A stretch of DNA of 55,985 bases from assembly GCF_006345805.1 (NCBI RefSeq), contig NW_021836829.1, positions 1 to 55,985 of the forward strand. The letters run 5' to 3'. The notes under the pieces are model-generated. The model saw only the letters and a program-made list of their open reading frames with translations. It was not told where the DNA came from and searched no databases. Both the position numbers and the translations under genes were made by a program. The DNA comes from Octopus sinensis (taxonomy: Eukaryota). The stretch's first letter is position 1; every line of letters begins with the position of its first letter. Below are positions 41,880 through 55,085 of the stretch, piece after piece.

Positions 41880-43080
41880 ATATAGAATTTAAATAGTGCT
41901 TGCGTGTGTGTGTTTTGTGCGTGCGTGCGGTTTTACTTCACCTCTTATGCAAATTAGAAAGAATTTTAACAAAACCAAATTAAAATGTTAGAAAAAAAAG
42001 AGAACAGAAAATATAAAAAAAAACCACCTCAAATAACAACAATTATTGAACACAATACATCGATAACAAAATTTTATTTGGTAATTTCCTTACGAACAAT
42101 GAGCAAAGAGCGATTTCCGCAGTCTTTCATAATACCGATTCTAATCTACATGTTGAAGGTCACAATGTTTAGCGCACACATTAAAATTTAAAAAAAAAAA
42201 AAAATTACAAACGATAAGATCTCCTTCTTTCCTTAATAATGCATTTTTTTGGTCCATTTTGTGTTTTTTTTTTTTTTGTCTTTAAGATCACATTCACTGA
42301 TTTTACAGGTTTTCTAAATTTTTGCCGAACGGATTCCTTTCCTCTTAAACAATATATGATTATCGTGTGAAGTCATCAAGAATTACGTGACACAATCTTT
42401 CAGAAACAATTCCCTTGTTCACTGCGTGCCTCTCCCATATCCTACAACCTCGGAATTAAAAGCAATTTGTTCTTCGTTTCGTAATTTTGTTTCGTTTCGT
42501 CAATCACTTTACATGTACGCATGTATGAGTTAGTGAGTATCCGTACGTTCGTGTATGTGTATGTGTATGTGTGTTTCAAAGTACCTGTGTTTTTGTCAAT
42601 ATGTGTGAGGGTGTGCGTGTTCCGTTTTTAATTGATTCCATGGACAGGTTTCAAAGATTTTTCAATCATTATCCGTTTCCTTATATTGCAATTGCTATCA
42701 ATAATACATCGAGCCAATGAATGAAACAACCATTTTTTAAAAAAGAGAACCTTTCTTAAGGTATTAATCACATCATACAGCAATAACCAAAATACAGTAA
42801 CCGCTTGATTACAGATCATGTCAGCCTAGCTGTGGCTTAGTAGAAAAACTTGTTTAATCTCTACAATGAAATTAAGTGGCGTAACGCAATAATTCGTAGG
42901 AACGTCATCGTGGTGATAGTCGTCAATGAAACGGAATCTGTATTTAAAAAAATACACCTTGTCGATAATATCTCCCCGCCACTATGTCTAATCTGCTCGT
43001 ACACAAGTTGAACTATAAACTAGATTCTGACTATATTCAGACATTTCGTTAGACATGGCAGGTATTATATTGCGTATTTT

Positions 43081-43486
43081 AAGGCGGCGAGCTGGCAGAA
43101 ACGTTAGCACGTCGGGCGAAATGCTTAGCGGTATTTCGTCTGCCGTTACGTTGTGAGTTCAAATTCCGCTGAGGTCGACTTTATCTTTCATCCTTTCGGG
43201 GTCGATAAATTAAGTACCAGTTACGCACTGGGATCGATGTAATCGACTTAATGCCTATGTTTGTCCCCTCTATGTTTAGCCCCTTGTGGGTAGTAAAGAA
43301 ATAGGTATTTCGTCTGCCGTTACGTTGTGAGTTCAAATTCCGCCGAGGTCGACTTTACCTTTCATCCTTTCGGGGTCGAAAAATTAAGTACCAGTTACGC
43401 ACTGGGGTCGATGTAATCGACTTAATACCTATGTCTGTCCTTGTTTGTCCCTTCTATGTTTAGCCCCTTGTGGGTAATAAAGAAAT
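43081..43486 (+). mobile_element. SINE family B dimer (one head + two bodies)
   Basis: Junction AAGAAATAGGTATTTCGTCTGCC at ~43300. 16-bp TSD AGGTATTATATTGCGT at 43060 and 43487. Confidence 0.93.
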
Positions 43487-43725
43487 AGGTATTATATTGC
43501 GTTGTGTTGTTCTAATCTTCGAGTTGACGTTTATCCATTCAACATTAGAAAAGGGACGTCTGTGTGATGTGTGTATGTGTTTATATGTATAGATAGATAG
43601 ACATTTCTATGAGTGACTCTCTATGTGTAACATGTGCGTCTGACTCTCTCCCATACACAGGCAAACATCACACACTCATTCACACGCACTACCACCAGCA
43701 CACACACGTACATATATATATATAT

Positions 43726-43773
<48 letters not shown>

Positions 43774-44118
43774 TGAAATTAGAGTACTAAATTGAGATAT
43801 TTTCTGTTTGGTGGCCACTTTCAGTTTCTTCAACTTTTGTTCCAGTTGATTTCGGATTTGGTGTATTTGTGTAGTTTGTAGAGTATCCATTGACATGAGA
43901 TTCATTTTCGCCGTGAAACTAAGTGAAGTGTAAATAGATCTTAAAATTTGCAACTTTGGGTAAAATTTAGCCAATCGAAACCCACAGACATATGCCTGTT
44001 ACCATATAAACAATCCAAGATGTAATCAAACTGCTTACCACATGGTGCTAAGATTAACACCTAAATAAGTGTTAAGTCACGCACGAGTCTTTTCTTTTTG
44101 TATAATCGTATGAATTCC

Positions 44119-44515
44119 CGCAGTGGCTGTGTGGTAAGTAGCTTGCTTACGAACCGCATGGCTTCGGGTTCAGTCCCACTGCGTGGGACCTTCGGCATGT
44201 GTCTTCTACTATAGTCTCGAGCCGACCATAGCCTTGTGAGTGGATTTGGTAGACGGAAACAGAATGAAGCCAACCGTATGTATATATACATATATGTGTG
44301 TGTGTGTTTGTGTGTCTATGTTTGTCCCCCAACATCGCTTGACAACCGAAGCTGGTGTGTTTACGTATCCGTAAAGAAGCGGTTCGGCAAAAGTGACCGA
44401 TAGAATAAGTACTAGACTTAGAAAGAATAAGTCCTGGGGTCGATTTGCTCGACTAAAGGCGGTGCTCCAGCATGACCACAGTCAAATGACTGAAACAAGT
44501 AAAAGAGTAAAAGAG
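44119..44515 (+). mobile_element. SINE family A, full length
   Basis: Complete consensus match. Confidence 0.92.
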
Positions 44516-45080
44516 ACAGTATAGAATAAAAATTCCTAAAAAAATTTCGAAAATTCTAAAAAATAAAAAAAAATGTTATGAGGGGTTATTTGTTTACGGT
44601 TGTCAACTTTAATAATAAAAAGGACCATGATGACGACGACAATGACGACGGCGACGATGACAATGATGACGATGATGATGGTATTAATAATTTCTTTTAT
44701 CTCTGTAATCCTATCTAAAATTGAATTTATCCATTCTATGATTCTACCATTGCAACATTATAATAACAATGTTTTCTGCATTCAACATGACCAGGTGTGT
44801 TAGGCAGGTTGCCAGTAATCTTTACATGCTTTCAAATTGAAACACGAAGAGCAGAAAGTTAAACTCCCCATCTGTATTAATTTTGTGTTATGAACGGTCA
44901 TTGACATCTCTGAAAGTATTGTACGTGTTTTCAATTTATAATATAACTTTATTACAAAAACCTTTATACACAGATTTAAATTTAGAGTATTTGAATTAAG
45001 CAAAATGTCATGATGCACCACATAGGAAACGAATAATATATTATCATTATTATTATCATTGTTATTTTTATTATTAACAT

Positions 45081-45440
45081 GGCGGCGAGCTGGCAGGATC
45101 GTTAGCACGCCGGCCGAAATGCTTAGCGATATTTCGGCTGCCGTTACATTCTGAGTTCAAATTCCGCCGAGGTCGACTTTGCCTTTCATCCTTTCGGGGT
45201 CGATAAATTAAGTACCAGTTACGCACTGGGGTCAAAATAATCCACTTAATCCGTTTGTCTGTCCTTGTTTGTCCTCTCTGTGTTTAGCCCCTTGTTGGTA
45301 GTAAAGAAATAGGTATTTCTTCCGTCAGGTGGACTTTGCCTTTCCGGATCGATAAATTAAGAACCAGTTGCGTACAGAGGTCGATCTAATCGACTGGACC
45401 CTCCCCCAAAATTTCGGGTTTGTGCCTAGAGTAGCAAAAA
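45081..45440 (+). mobile_element. SINE family B heterodimer (tail-1 body + deleted tail-2 body)
   Basis: Head GGCGGCGAGCTGGCAGG, junction AAGAAATAGGTATTTC at ~45305, tail-2 CCCCCAAAATTTCGGGTTTGTGCCTAGAGTAG. Confidence 0.88.
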
Positions 45441-45444
45441 AATA

Positions 45445-45705
45445 TTATCATTGTTACTATTATTATTATTTATAAGGCGGCGAGCACCGTTAGCGCACCG
45501 GGCAAAATAATTAGGCGCATTTCGTCCGTCTTCTGAGTTCAAATTACGCCAAAGTCGATTTGCACTTCATAGCTTCGGTGTAATCGAACAATTCCCTTCC
45601 CAAAAGGGAAGGATATGAGATGTTACAGTATGACTGAAAGCTTGGGGACGGTAAGTGGCTGGGGCCCTAGTGAAAGATCTTCATATAATAAAACACAAAC
45701 ATTTA
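45445..45705 (+). repeat. ~270-bp duplicated segment (decayed SINE B + unique flank), copy 1
   Basis: Collinear with 48955-49232. Confidence 0.85.
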
Positions 45706-46699
45706 AATGGATAGGGTTTTTCTAAGGATGTGGGCGGGACTTGACAGCAGAATCTTTTGAATTTCTCTGAGACATGGGTTTCCTGGGATATGATGTAAAT
45801 GTGTCTCACATACGTTTCTTATCATAACAAGAGCACCCCCAAAAACATAAACAGTTCTCGCTTTAAGAATCCACATCTTTTGTATTTCAATTTCCAGGTC
45901 CTTACATTTACTTAATTTATCAAATTCCTTTAGAGATATACTTTCTACATTATATGTAATATAGTGAAATATATGTTTGAAACGAGGATATTTTTCTCAA
46001 CATCCCGGTAATTTCATGCAGCACTTTTGAAATGCCAGCGAAATTTCGGTGCCATTTAAACACTTAAGGAATTCTGACACATATTGTACTTTGCTTCCTA
46101 ATCTTATGCGTCAAAGTTTGACTTCCTTTGCTAATCATATCTATGACATTTCCTATTTCTCTTAATCTTGATTTACTGTAACTGCATTTTGGCATAATGC
46201 TGTACAAAAGCATTTGTACGTTTCCCATAATCCCTATGTCAGTACAAATCCGTTCAAGCCTAGCGTTGAATTTGGGGACACAAAAGTTAAGTTTTCTGGG
46301 GAAAGAATAGTGACAGAATAGTGATTTTGCAAGCCCACGTCATCCCACATTTTATTCCAACGCCCCTCCAATTATCCGCACCATATAATTCGGTCAAATC
46401 CCAAATCCTAGCTCAGCTGTAGAAATGTGTTGCAATGTCACAAGTGCCAAGCTGAATCGGCTTTTGCCCTTCCCTTGGAGTTGGTTGCAGAAGGGAGGCT
46501 GGTTTGCATGGGAAACTGCTGGTCTTCCATAAACAACCTTGCCCGAAATTGTGCCTCGGCGGGGAACTAGGTAAATCCCATGGGGGTCTTTACCCTCTGT
46601 TAGTCTCTCTCTCTCTCTCGTTCTCTCTCTTTCTCTCTCCCTCTATGTGTGTTTGTGCGTGCGTGTATAATGCGTATCAAAATATACAAAAGACAGATA

Positions 46700-46830
46700 G
46701 ATGCAAGAAAAGGACTAACACAAAAGCACTATTAGTTTGACGCTCAGGTAAATGGAAAATCTTTCGACGTTTCGAGCCGGCGCTCTTTTACAGAATGAAA
46801 TTGGGAGAGAATCAGGAAGACAGACATAAT
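46700..46830 (-). mobile_element. Family P1 diverged copy
   Basis: TATTAGTTTGACGCTCAGG...ACGTTTCGAGCCGGCGCTCTTTTACAG (46767-46793). Confidence 0.55.
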
Positions 46831-47039
46831 CTTGTGTGAATTCCCCGGTGGTACGGGTCGAATTGTATAACTACTCTTATATGAAAATGAATTGCAATAG
46901 ATATATAATGTATGTATAGACACAATCTATTATTCTATATAAACTGTATATATGGAAACATGCTGGTATTCACATTGGCAAGCATTTATCTCTATGTTGC
47001 ACTAAAATACATCAAAAGTTTTCACACTGGATTTCAGTA

Positions 47040-47310
47040 GTCGCAGCAGCGGCGCCACCACCACAAAAACCTCGAACACCACCACCTCCACCACATCCAC
47101 CCCCACCACATCCACCACCACCACCACCACCAAAACCACCACTACCACTACAAACACCACCGCAAACACCTCCATCACCAGCACCACCAGCACCACCATC
47201 AACACCAAAACCACCACCTCTACAAACACCAGTACAAACACCTCCATCACCAGCTCCATGTCCACCACCACCACCACCACCAAACACATAACCACAAACA
47301 CCACCGCACG
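47040..47310. repeat. Degenerate (CCA)n low-complexity tract, open in several frames
   Basis: Pro-rich and Thr-rich on +, Gly/Cys-rich on -. Internal duplication CTACAAACACCA...CAAACACCTCCATCACCAGC. Confidence 0.7.
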
Positions 47311-47379
47311 TGACAGGCACATACATACAACTATTCACTCATAGAGTTACTCACATCGTTGTAATCGTTGTAATTTGTA

Positions 47380-47417
<38 letters not shown>

Positions 47418-47649
47418 AGGAAGTGAGAGGAGGAGAGCGTAAAATATACGTTGTTATATATGTATCTATATGTATATATGTATATATATGTATATATGTA
47501 TATATATACATACATACATACACACACATACACACATATATGTACACACATACGTACCCTTCTACACACACATAAATCTGTGTTATTTTCAATGGTCATT
47601 ATGATGTTCATAAATACTTGAACTCGACACTACTGCCGCTACCTCTCAT

Positions 47650-47736
<87 letters not shown>

Positions 47737-47947
47737 AATATATAATATATATGTGTGTGTGTATATATATATATATATGCATACAAATATCTATACATAT
47801 ATACACACATGTATATTATATATGTACATGCGTATATAGATATTTTTATCTATAGATGTATGTATATCCATATGTGTATATATATATATATGTATGTTTA
47901 TATGTATACGCATGTATATATATATATATATATATGCATATATATAT

Positions 47948-47994
<47 letters not shown>

Positions 47995-48954
47995 GTATCT
48001 ATATATTACACACACTTATCCGCGCACACACACTCCCACTGACACAAACACCCATATGTACATTGTTTTGAACGTTGTGTATTTACGTCACGTTAATGGC
48101 AAACTGACAGATTAAAAGAGATAAAGTTAGTATCCGCTCTTACCGCTACTCCTACCTCTCGCTGCTGCTGCTGTAGTTATTTATGTTGCAGTTGTTGTTA
48201 TTGTTAGTGTTGCTTTTTTTAGTTTTGTTGTTTCTGCTGCTTATATTGTTCGTTATCTCCTTGTCTCAAGTGGTGATTGACATTAGGTTTTTGACTCCAG
48301 CCTACGTACCAGGTCAATATGAAATTTTGAAATATGGCCAAAAACAAGTAAATAGCTAAAGCAAAAGCTAGCTAATTTGTAAGCTGTTAAAAAGAATTAA
48401 AAGCAAAAGAGGCAAATTTTAAATGCTAATCTGACACACGAACATCGTCTATCCTTTCGTAATTGTTGCTTAAGGAGCGAGTAAATGTGAAATAGCGAAA
48501 TCATAATTGAAAACGAACGAAATGAAATTGTTTTGAAAGAAGATAATGATGGTTGTATTGGTTGTGTAGGAATAAGACGAACTGTGTTCATTAAGAGAAA
48601 TTATAATGGGGAAATGGTAAATAAATTGTCTCTTTACCTTAATTTAAATTCGCCATGAGATCGCCTTTCATTGTCTTGTCCCACGTACAGTAACTTACGC
48701 ATACAGATTGAAAATAGAATACATAAGCCTAAAGGTGGTATAAATGTGTTTCTTGAAAATATTGATCGTATTGATACCGAGAACAAGTTTCTGCCTTATC
48801 ACTGGTTGTGGAAAGATCTGTCTGGCCCATCTTTAACTACCGCGCACTATATATATATATATATTTCATGATGTCTAGTTATAATTATATAATTATGGCT
48901 TCGGCGAAGTATCATTTTCGAATACACAAATCATGTAAGATTAAGATTAAGAAA

Positions 48955-49232
48955 ATTATCATTGTTACTATTATTATTATTTATAAGGCGGCGAGCTGGG
49001 AGAATCGTTAGCGCACCGGGAAAAATAATTAGGCGCATTTCGTCCGTCTTAAAGACATTCTGAGTTCAAAGTACGCCAAGGTCGATTTGCTCTTCATAGC
49101 TTCGCTGTAATCGAACAATTCCCTTTCCAAAAGGGAAGGATATGAAATGTTACAGTATGACTGAAAGCTTGGGGACGGCAAGTGGCTGGGGCCGTAGTGA
49201 AATATCTTCATATAATAAAACACAAGCATTAA
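48955..49232 (+). repeat. ~270-bp duplicated segment, copy 2
   Basis: Collinear with 45445-45705. Confidence 0.85.
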
Positions 49233-49315
49233 GATGTCCTCCTACGGCCACCTTTAACTTAACTAGATTTCTTTTGAGATTTAAGAACTTCAGATTTGAT
49301 TCAAGAATACTCATA

Positions 49316-49349
<34 letters not shown>

Positions 49350-49833
49350 TCTCTTCCTCTCTTTTTCTGTTTCACTCTCGATCTCTCCTTCTTTCTCGCA
49401 CACATACACAAATAATATACTGCTCTGTTAAGCTAGGATCAAAGTATTACCCAATCCAATGATAGATAAATAATATTTAATGTTCACGTGCTCAAAATAA
49501 GAGCTATAAATAATTTCAGCCCGCAAAGACATTGAAATAAGGCAGATTCATATAACGTGGCTTGTCTCCCCAAGCGATACATGGACTCGGGGCACATAGT
49601 TAAGTTCCAAACCTTCAATTCTGGTCCATGAGAAATTACTAGAAAATACGAGAAGTATGGTACAAAAAGTGAAATGAGATGGCAAAGCGTGAATTCCATC
49701 TCTGCTTTTTGTATCAAACTTATTCACGTGCTTTCTTGTGATTTCTCAAGGAGTTGGGTCTTGAGTTTCAGACGTATATCCAGAGTAGCTTTTACTTTAA
49801 ATAAAACTGTCTACGTCAAATTGTGTATATATG

Positions 49834-49918
<85 letters not shown>

Positions 49919-49939
49919 ATATAATATATATATATATGT

Positions 49940-50007
<68 letters not shown>

Positions 50008-50411
50008 TCTTTTTTTTACTTGTTTCAGTCCTTTGACTGCGGCCATGCTGGAGCACCACCTTTAGTCGAGCAAATCGACCCCGGGACTTATTCTTTGTAA
50101 GCCCAGTACTTATTCTATCGGTCTCTTTTGCCGAACCGCTAAGTAACGGGGACATAAACACACCAGCATCGGTTGTCAAGCAATGCTAGGGGGACAAACA
50201 CAGGTACACAAACACAGACACATACACACATATATATATATACATATATACGACAGGCTTCTTTCAGTTTCCGTCTACCAAATCCACTCACAAGGCATTG
50301 GTCGGCTCGGGGCTATAGCAGAAGACACTTGTCCAAGATGCCACACAGTGGGACTGAACCCGGAACCATGTGGTAGGTTAGCAAGCTACTTACCACACAG
50401 ACACTCCTGCA
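50008..50411 (-). mobile_element. SINE family A, full length
   Basis: Reverse complement of the consensus. Confidence 0.92.
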
Positions 50412-50424
50412 TATATATATAAGC

Positions 50425-50620
50425 ATATGTGGGCACAGGGAGTCACGAAACGTGTGCAGCAGAAAATACGAGTATATGGAAGTACGAGTATATGGAATAT
50501 GAACGATTTTTTCGAACAACGAAAAACACAAATGGAAAACAAAACAACCAACATCAAGATCGACCCTTCATCCGTTGTTGGCTGTTTTTCTCCTGTCGTA
50601 TTTCGAGCATTTCACAAGAA
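50425..50620 (-). mobile_element. P3-related diverged element
   Basis: GCATATGTGGGCACAGG...GAACAACGAAAAA...CCCTTCATC...TTTCGAG parallels the layout of 55770-55946. Confidence 0.4.
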
Positions 50621-51384
50621 GTAACCATACACTCACTCACGCATACACTCAGTTGCACAAACTTTCTCGTTGGAGTATAACCCGAGCACAAGAATGTATA
50701 TAGGGGTATAGTGATAAAGAGAGAACGGTGTAGGCACGAAGAAAGGAGTAAGGAAAGAGTGAGAGAGAGAGAGAGAGAGAGATTGATAACTGTTCGTGAA
50801 TAAAGAGAAAGAGAAAGAAAGGATAATTCCAAGAGTACGGTGTTAGATTAAAAAATGAGTCAAGACATTAATGATACCTTTCATATGTATACCCTCAACG
50901 GAGATCCATTCTTTAATGATCTTAAATTTTTCTGTTAGGAAGTTATTATCGATTATGAAAGAATTACGTTATGTACTACATTATTTAAACTTCTTTTTGG
51001 CTCGCTGTTCTTGTAAACAACAAACTCTACTCATAAACTGATTGTTTATTGTTCACCACTTTGAATTGTCACGAATTTGCCATGCATCTTCTTTTCCTCT
51101 TGTCTATAATTTTGTCTTAAATTTTACCCAGCAGCAGTGGCTATCTTTTATCTTTTACTTGTTTCACTCGTTAGACTTCTGCCAAGCTGGGGCATTAGCT
51201 AGAAAACTTGTTAGTGAAATGAATCGACACCATACTTACTTTATTATTATCACTGTTACTTATCCTGTGGATCACATTTGACGAGCAGCTAGCTAACAGA
51301 AACGTAAACACCGTGTATCAATCTGTGGGGGAGGAAACACACACACACAAAGACACACGCACACGTACAAATACCGGAAACGAT

Positions 51385-51546
51385 GTAAGGCAACTTCTAT
51401 ATCAATGGAATCTGAACACAAGCTGGAATCTGATGGCTGGACGGTATATAATCCGAAACGTTGTGTTAAGAACGAACAAGACGAAGACAAATATCCGTTG
51501 AATGGAAATAACGTACATAATTCCTCATCTCTTAAATACAGAACAG
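51385..51546 (+). mobile_element. Short repeat with a degenerate hammerhead-like core
   Basis: CTGATGGCTGGACGGTATATAATCCGAAACGTT at 51430-51462. Single copy here, so repeat status is inferred. Confidence 0.4.
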
Positions 51547-51712
51547 TATTATTACAAAAAATGTTTTCCAGAAATTGCATAAAAAATTGGATTAAACTCT
51601 TTGGCAGATTTGCTGATTTGTGCTAGGTAGTATGAGGTAAAAAAAAATAGATAGGTCAATAATTATATTAAAAAAAAGAAGCATCCTTCGCATGCAAGCA
51701 AGACGGTTAAAA

Positions 51713-52111
51713 TCTTTATATATAAAAGTGAAGTTGTGTGTCTGTCTCCTACGATTTAGATTCCTAACTACTCCCACATTTTGCAGTGCAGTTTAACCAA
51801 AACCGGGTATCTTATAGTCGTGATTCATATCGAGCCCTTCTGGGTATTAGCGCGCGTCTACGATGAGTCTACGATATAAAAAAAAATTTAACATAATTTT
51901 TTTCCATTTTAATGCATTTTTTTCGTTATTATATAGGGTAAGTAACTCTCTAAAAATGTCTACAATGAGTCAACGATTTCAAAAAAAAATTGCCATAATT
52001 TTTTTTCCATTTTTAATGCATTTTTTTGCTATTTTTTGGCTATAACTCTCTAAAAATGCTTATATAGTTATTTCCCTTACAAACCCGAGCAACGCCGGGC
52101 GATACTGTTAG
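51713..52111 (+). mobile_element. Non-autonomous Helitron
   Basis: 5' A|TCTTTATATATAAAAG. Subterminal hairpin CCCGAGCAACGCCGGG (52084-52099) ~12 nt before the 3' end ..CTGTTAG|T (CTAG variant). No TSD; internal ~100-bp direct repeat. Confidence 0.8.
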
Positions 52112-52615
52112 TCCTATATAAAAACTAAATCTCTTTAAGTCTGGAAATATATGACAAACGCTATAGATACAGTAAGTGTATAATATAAAGATTATAAAAG
52201 AGTTTGGTTCAACACAATATAGTTTTTTAATGACTTTTTATAAATTTGAGGGCCGAAAAATTGTTTTTATATCTTACGTATTAGATTAGGATATTGTATT
52301 AAGCAATTGTCATTCATCACAAAACTCGAACTGCTGCTTGTAAAACGAGTAACGGATTTCATCTGTATCATCAAATATCACATAATAGTCGTTACAGTTC
52401 CTTTGCACAACAATATTAGTGACAAATTCGTTGATAGAGTTCTCTAGATATGTTTATTACAATGAAGATATAAAAAGGAAATGTGAAGATGACCGGGAGC
52501 AATATAGAAAATGGCACTAGTGCCATGTGAGCACTACGTTCAATTCTTCCAAAGCTCCGATACCTCCAACAATTGTTGGCCACCAAGAGAGATATGTAAA
52601 TGTGCCATTTTACCT

Positions 52616-52730
52616 GTCCTACTTGGAACAGTACATATTCTTATTATTAAAGTACTTTCTGCTTAAAGCCTTTCTGTTAAGGCTTCGGAGTTAACATAAT
52701 GGAAACCCCTCTCGACCAAGACAGTTTTTT
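52616..52730 (+). pseudogene. Decayed 3' end of a second R4/Dong-like element
   Basis: 52616-52666 translates VLLGTVHILIIKVLSA*, parallel to ALLGSAHILRRTLSIQ* of the neighbouring element. Confidence 0.45.
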
Positions 52731-52843
52731 TTTTAATCCGTGCTGTGCAATGAAGAGATGAATAGGAAAGCAACAGCGACCACGACAGCAACAACAGCAA
52801 CACAACATCAATACTGATGATAATAAAAATAATAATAATAATG

Positions 52844-52903
<60 letters not shown>

Positions 52904-53464
52904 TGGAAGCTATGCCAACATTATGGAATAACAACAGAAAAAAGATGGTATAGGCACACACCAGAAAAGGTCACAGAAAACGAGAAAGCAACCATACTCT
53001 GGGATATGCCGATACACACAGATAGAGAAATTAAGGCCAACAGACCAGATATAGTTGTCAGAGACCATGAAGAAAAAAAATGCTTTCTAATTGATGTTTC
53101 AGTACCGGCAGATGACAACGTGTCTCTAAAAGAAATGGAGAAACTCTCAAAATACAAAGACCTGGAAATAGAGGTAACTAGAATGTGGAATCTGAAAACA
53201 GAAACAATTCCTATCATAGTAGGTGCATTAGGCATGATAAAAAAATATTCAGACAAATACATAACAAAAACACCAGGACTTACAAACACATATAACATAC
53301 AGAAAATTGCACTACTAGGCAGTGCACACATCCTACGCAGAACACTTTCCATACAATAATCATCAGAGCATCACAACAAATCACAGCACATACCCAAGGC
53401 ACACAGAGCTGCGCTCGGTAGTGAAGTGAAAGCACGCTATAAAAATAAAACTAAAACTACTGAA
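52904..53464 (+). mobile_element. 5'-truncated R4/Dong-clade non-LTR retrotransposon: restriction-like endonuclease C-terminus (52904-53359) + 3' UTR
   Basis: WKLCQHYG..WYRHTPEKV.EN...ILWD..IHTDREIKANRPDIVV.D...CFLIDVSVP.D.NV..KE.EKLSKYKDL..E..RMW...IPIIVGALG, a PD-(D/E)xK-type RLE domain. Flanked on both sides by (TAA)n. Confidence 0.92.
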
Positions 53465-53622
53465 TGATAATAATAATAATGATGATGATGATGATACTAA
53501 TAATAACAAAAATAATAACAATAATAATAATAATAATAATGATGATGATGATGATGATAATAATAATAACAAAAATAATAACAATATAATATATAATAAT
53601 AATGATGATGATGATGATGATG

Positions 53623-53663
<41 letters not shown>

Positions 53664-53817
53664 TAATAATAATATCATAATGATAATAATAATTAAAATA
53701 ATAATAATAATAATAATAATTAATATAAAATAATAATAATAATAATAAGTGTGTGTCGATAACAGCCTGTTCATTCATAATAACAATAGAACAGAACAAC
53801 TGCAATAATAAATAATA

Positions 53818-53873
<56 letters not shown>

Positions 53874-53919
53874 CAACAGCAGCAACAACAGCAACAACAA
53901 CAACAATAATAATAATAAC

Positions 53920-53969
<50 letters not shown>

Positions 53970-53985
53970 CAACAACAACAACAAA
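53465..53985. repeat. (TAA)/(TGA)/(CAA) microsatellite field
   Basis: Directly visible. Confidence 0.9.
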
Positions 53986-54579
53986 AAAAGCGCACACAAT
54001 TATTTCTGGCATAATTCCTAACACGAATTCTTATGCTGCTGTGGTTGTGGTTATTCTTTTTTTTTTGTGCCGGTGATAGTGGTTCTGGTGATGCTGCTGG
54101 TAACGCTGCTGCTGCTGCTGATGTTTGACGATGGTGATGATACCGCTGCTGCTGCTGTTGCTGCTGTTGTTACTACTGATGGTGTTATTGATATTAACGA
54201 CGATAAAAGAAAAATTACCAGCATAAAAATGGCGATTGACATTTGAGTGACACAAAGAGAAATGAAATAAGAAGACGCCGAGTTCCCCAAAGATTTCGAA
54301 TGTGTGAATAGTCGTTGAAGAAAATAGAATGCGGTAATTAGTTATGGTAATTAGTTCTAAAAACGAACACGATAACAAAATATAACACATATCTAAAATG
54401 ATCACTTTGTCCCAAACCAACGTATCCTTCTCTATTTAGAGATGGATGTTCCGAAAAACGCTGCCAAGGGAGATGATTAAGATAAGCCAACCATTTGATT
54501 AAAATCGATTTTTGCCTTTTAAAATCAAGGCGTCAGATTGTTCTTTGTTTTCTCATATTTTATTGAATATGTTTAGCCA

Positions 54580-54631
54580 TGTATATATATATATATATAT
54601 TTATGTTTGTATATTCGTATTTAATATATAT

Positions 54632-54664
<33 letters not shown>

Positions 54665-54671
54665 CTATATA

Positions 54672-54705
<34 letters not shown>

Positions 54706-55085
54706 TTGTAACTATATATATGTATATAAATATGTATATATGTAACAAATATATATATATTATATATATTATAATAAACTATACATATATAATTGCTGAA
54801 TATATTACTCATATATATACACAGATATTTTATATATTATAAATATATATAAATAATATATAGTGTGTATATATATCTAATATATATTATATATATATAT
54901 AATATATATATATATATATCATATACATACACATACATATATATATATATATTATATATATCTATATATATATACATATATATATATTACATATACATAT
55001 ATATATATATATATACCTCCAAATATATATATGTATATATATATATATATTATATATATATATATATATATAATATATATATGCA
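54580..55085. repeat. (TA)n microsatellite field
   Basis: Directly visible. Confidence 0.9.

Noticed and set aside
46390-46600. Probable additional SINE fragment
   Set aside because: Single copy in the window with no head or TSD visible, so the family cannot be supported from this sequence.
52817-52903. Poly-Ile N-terminus of the 180-aa ORF as a signal or TM segment
   Set aside because: It is the (TAA)n target tract upstream of a 5'-truncated retrotransposon.
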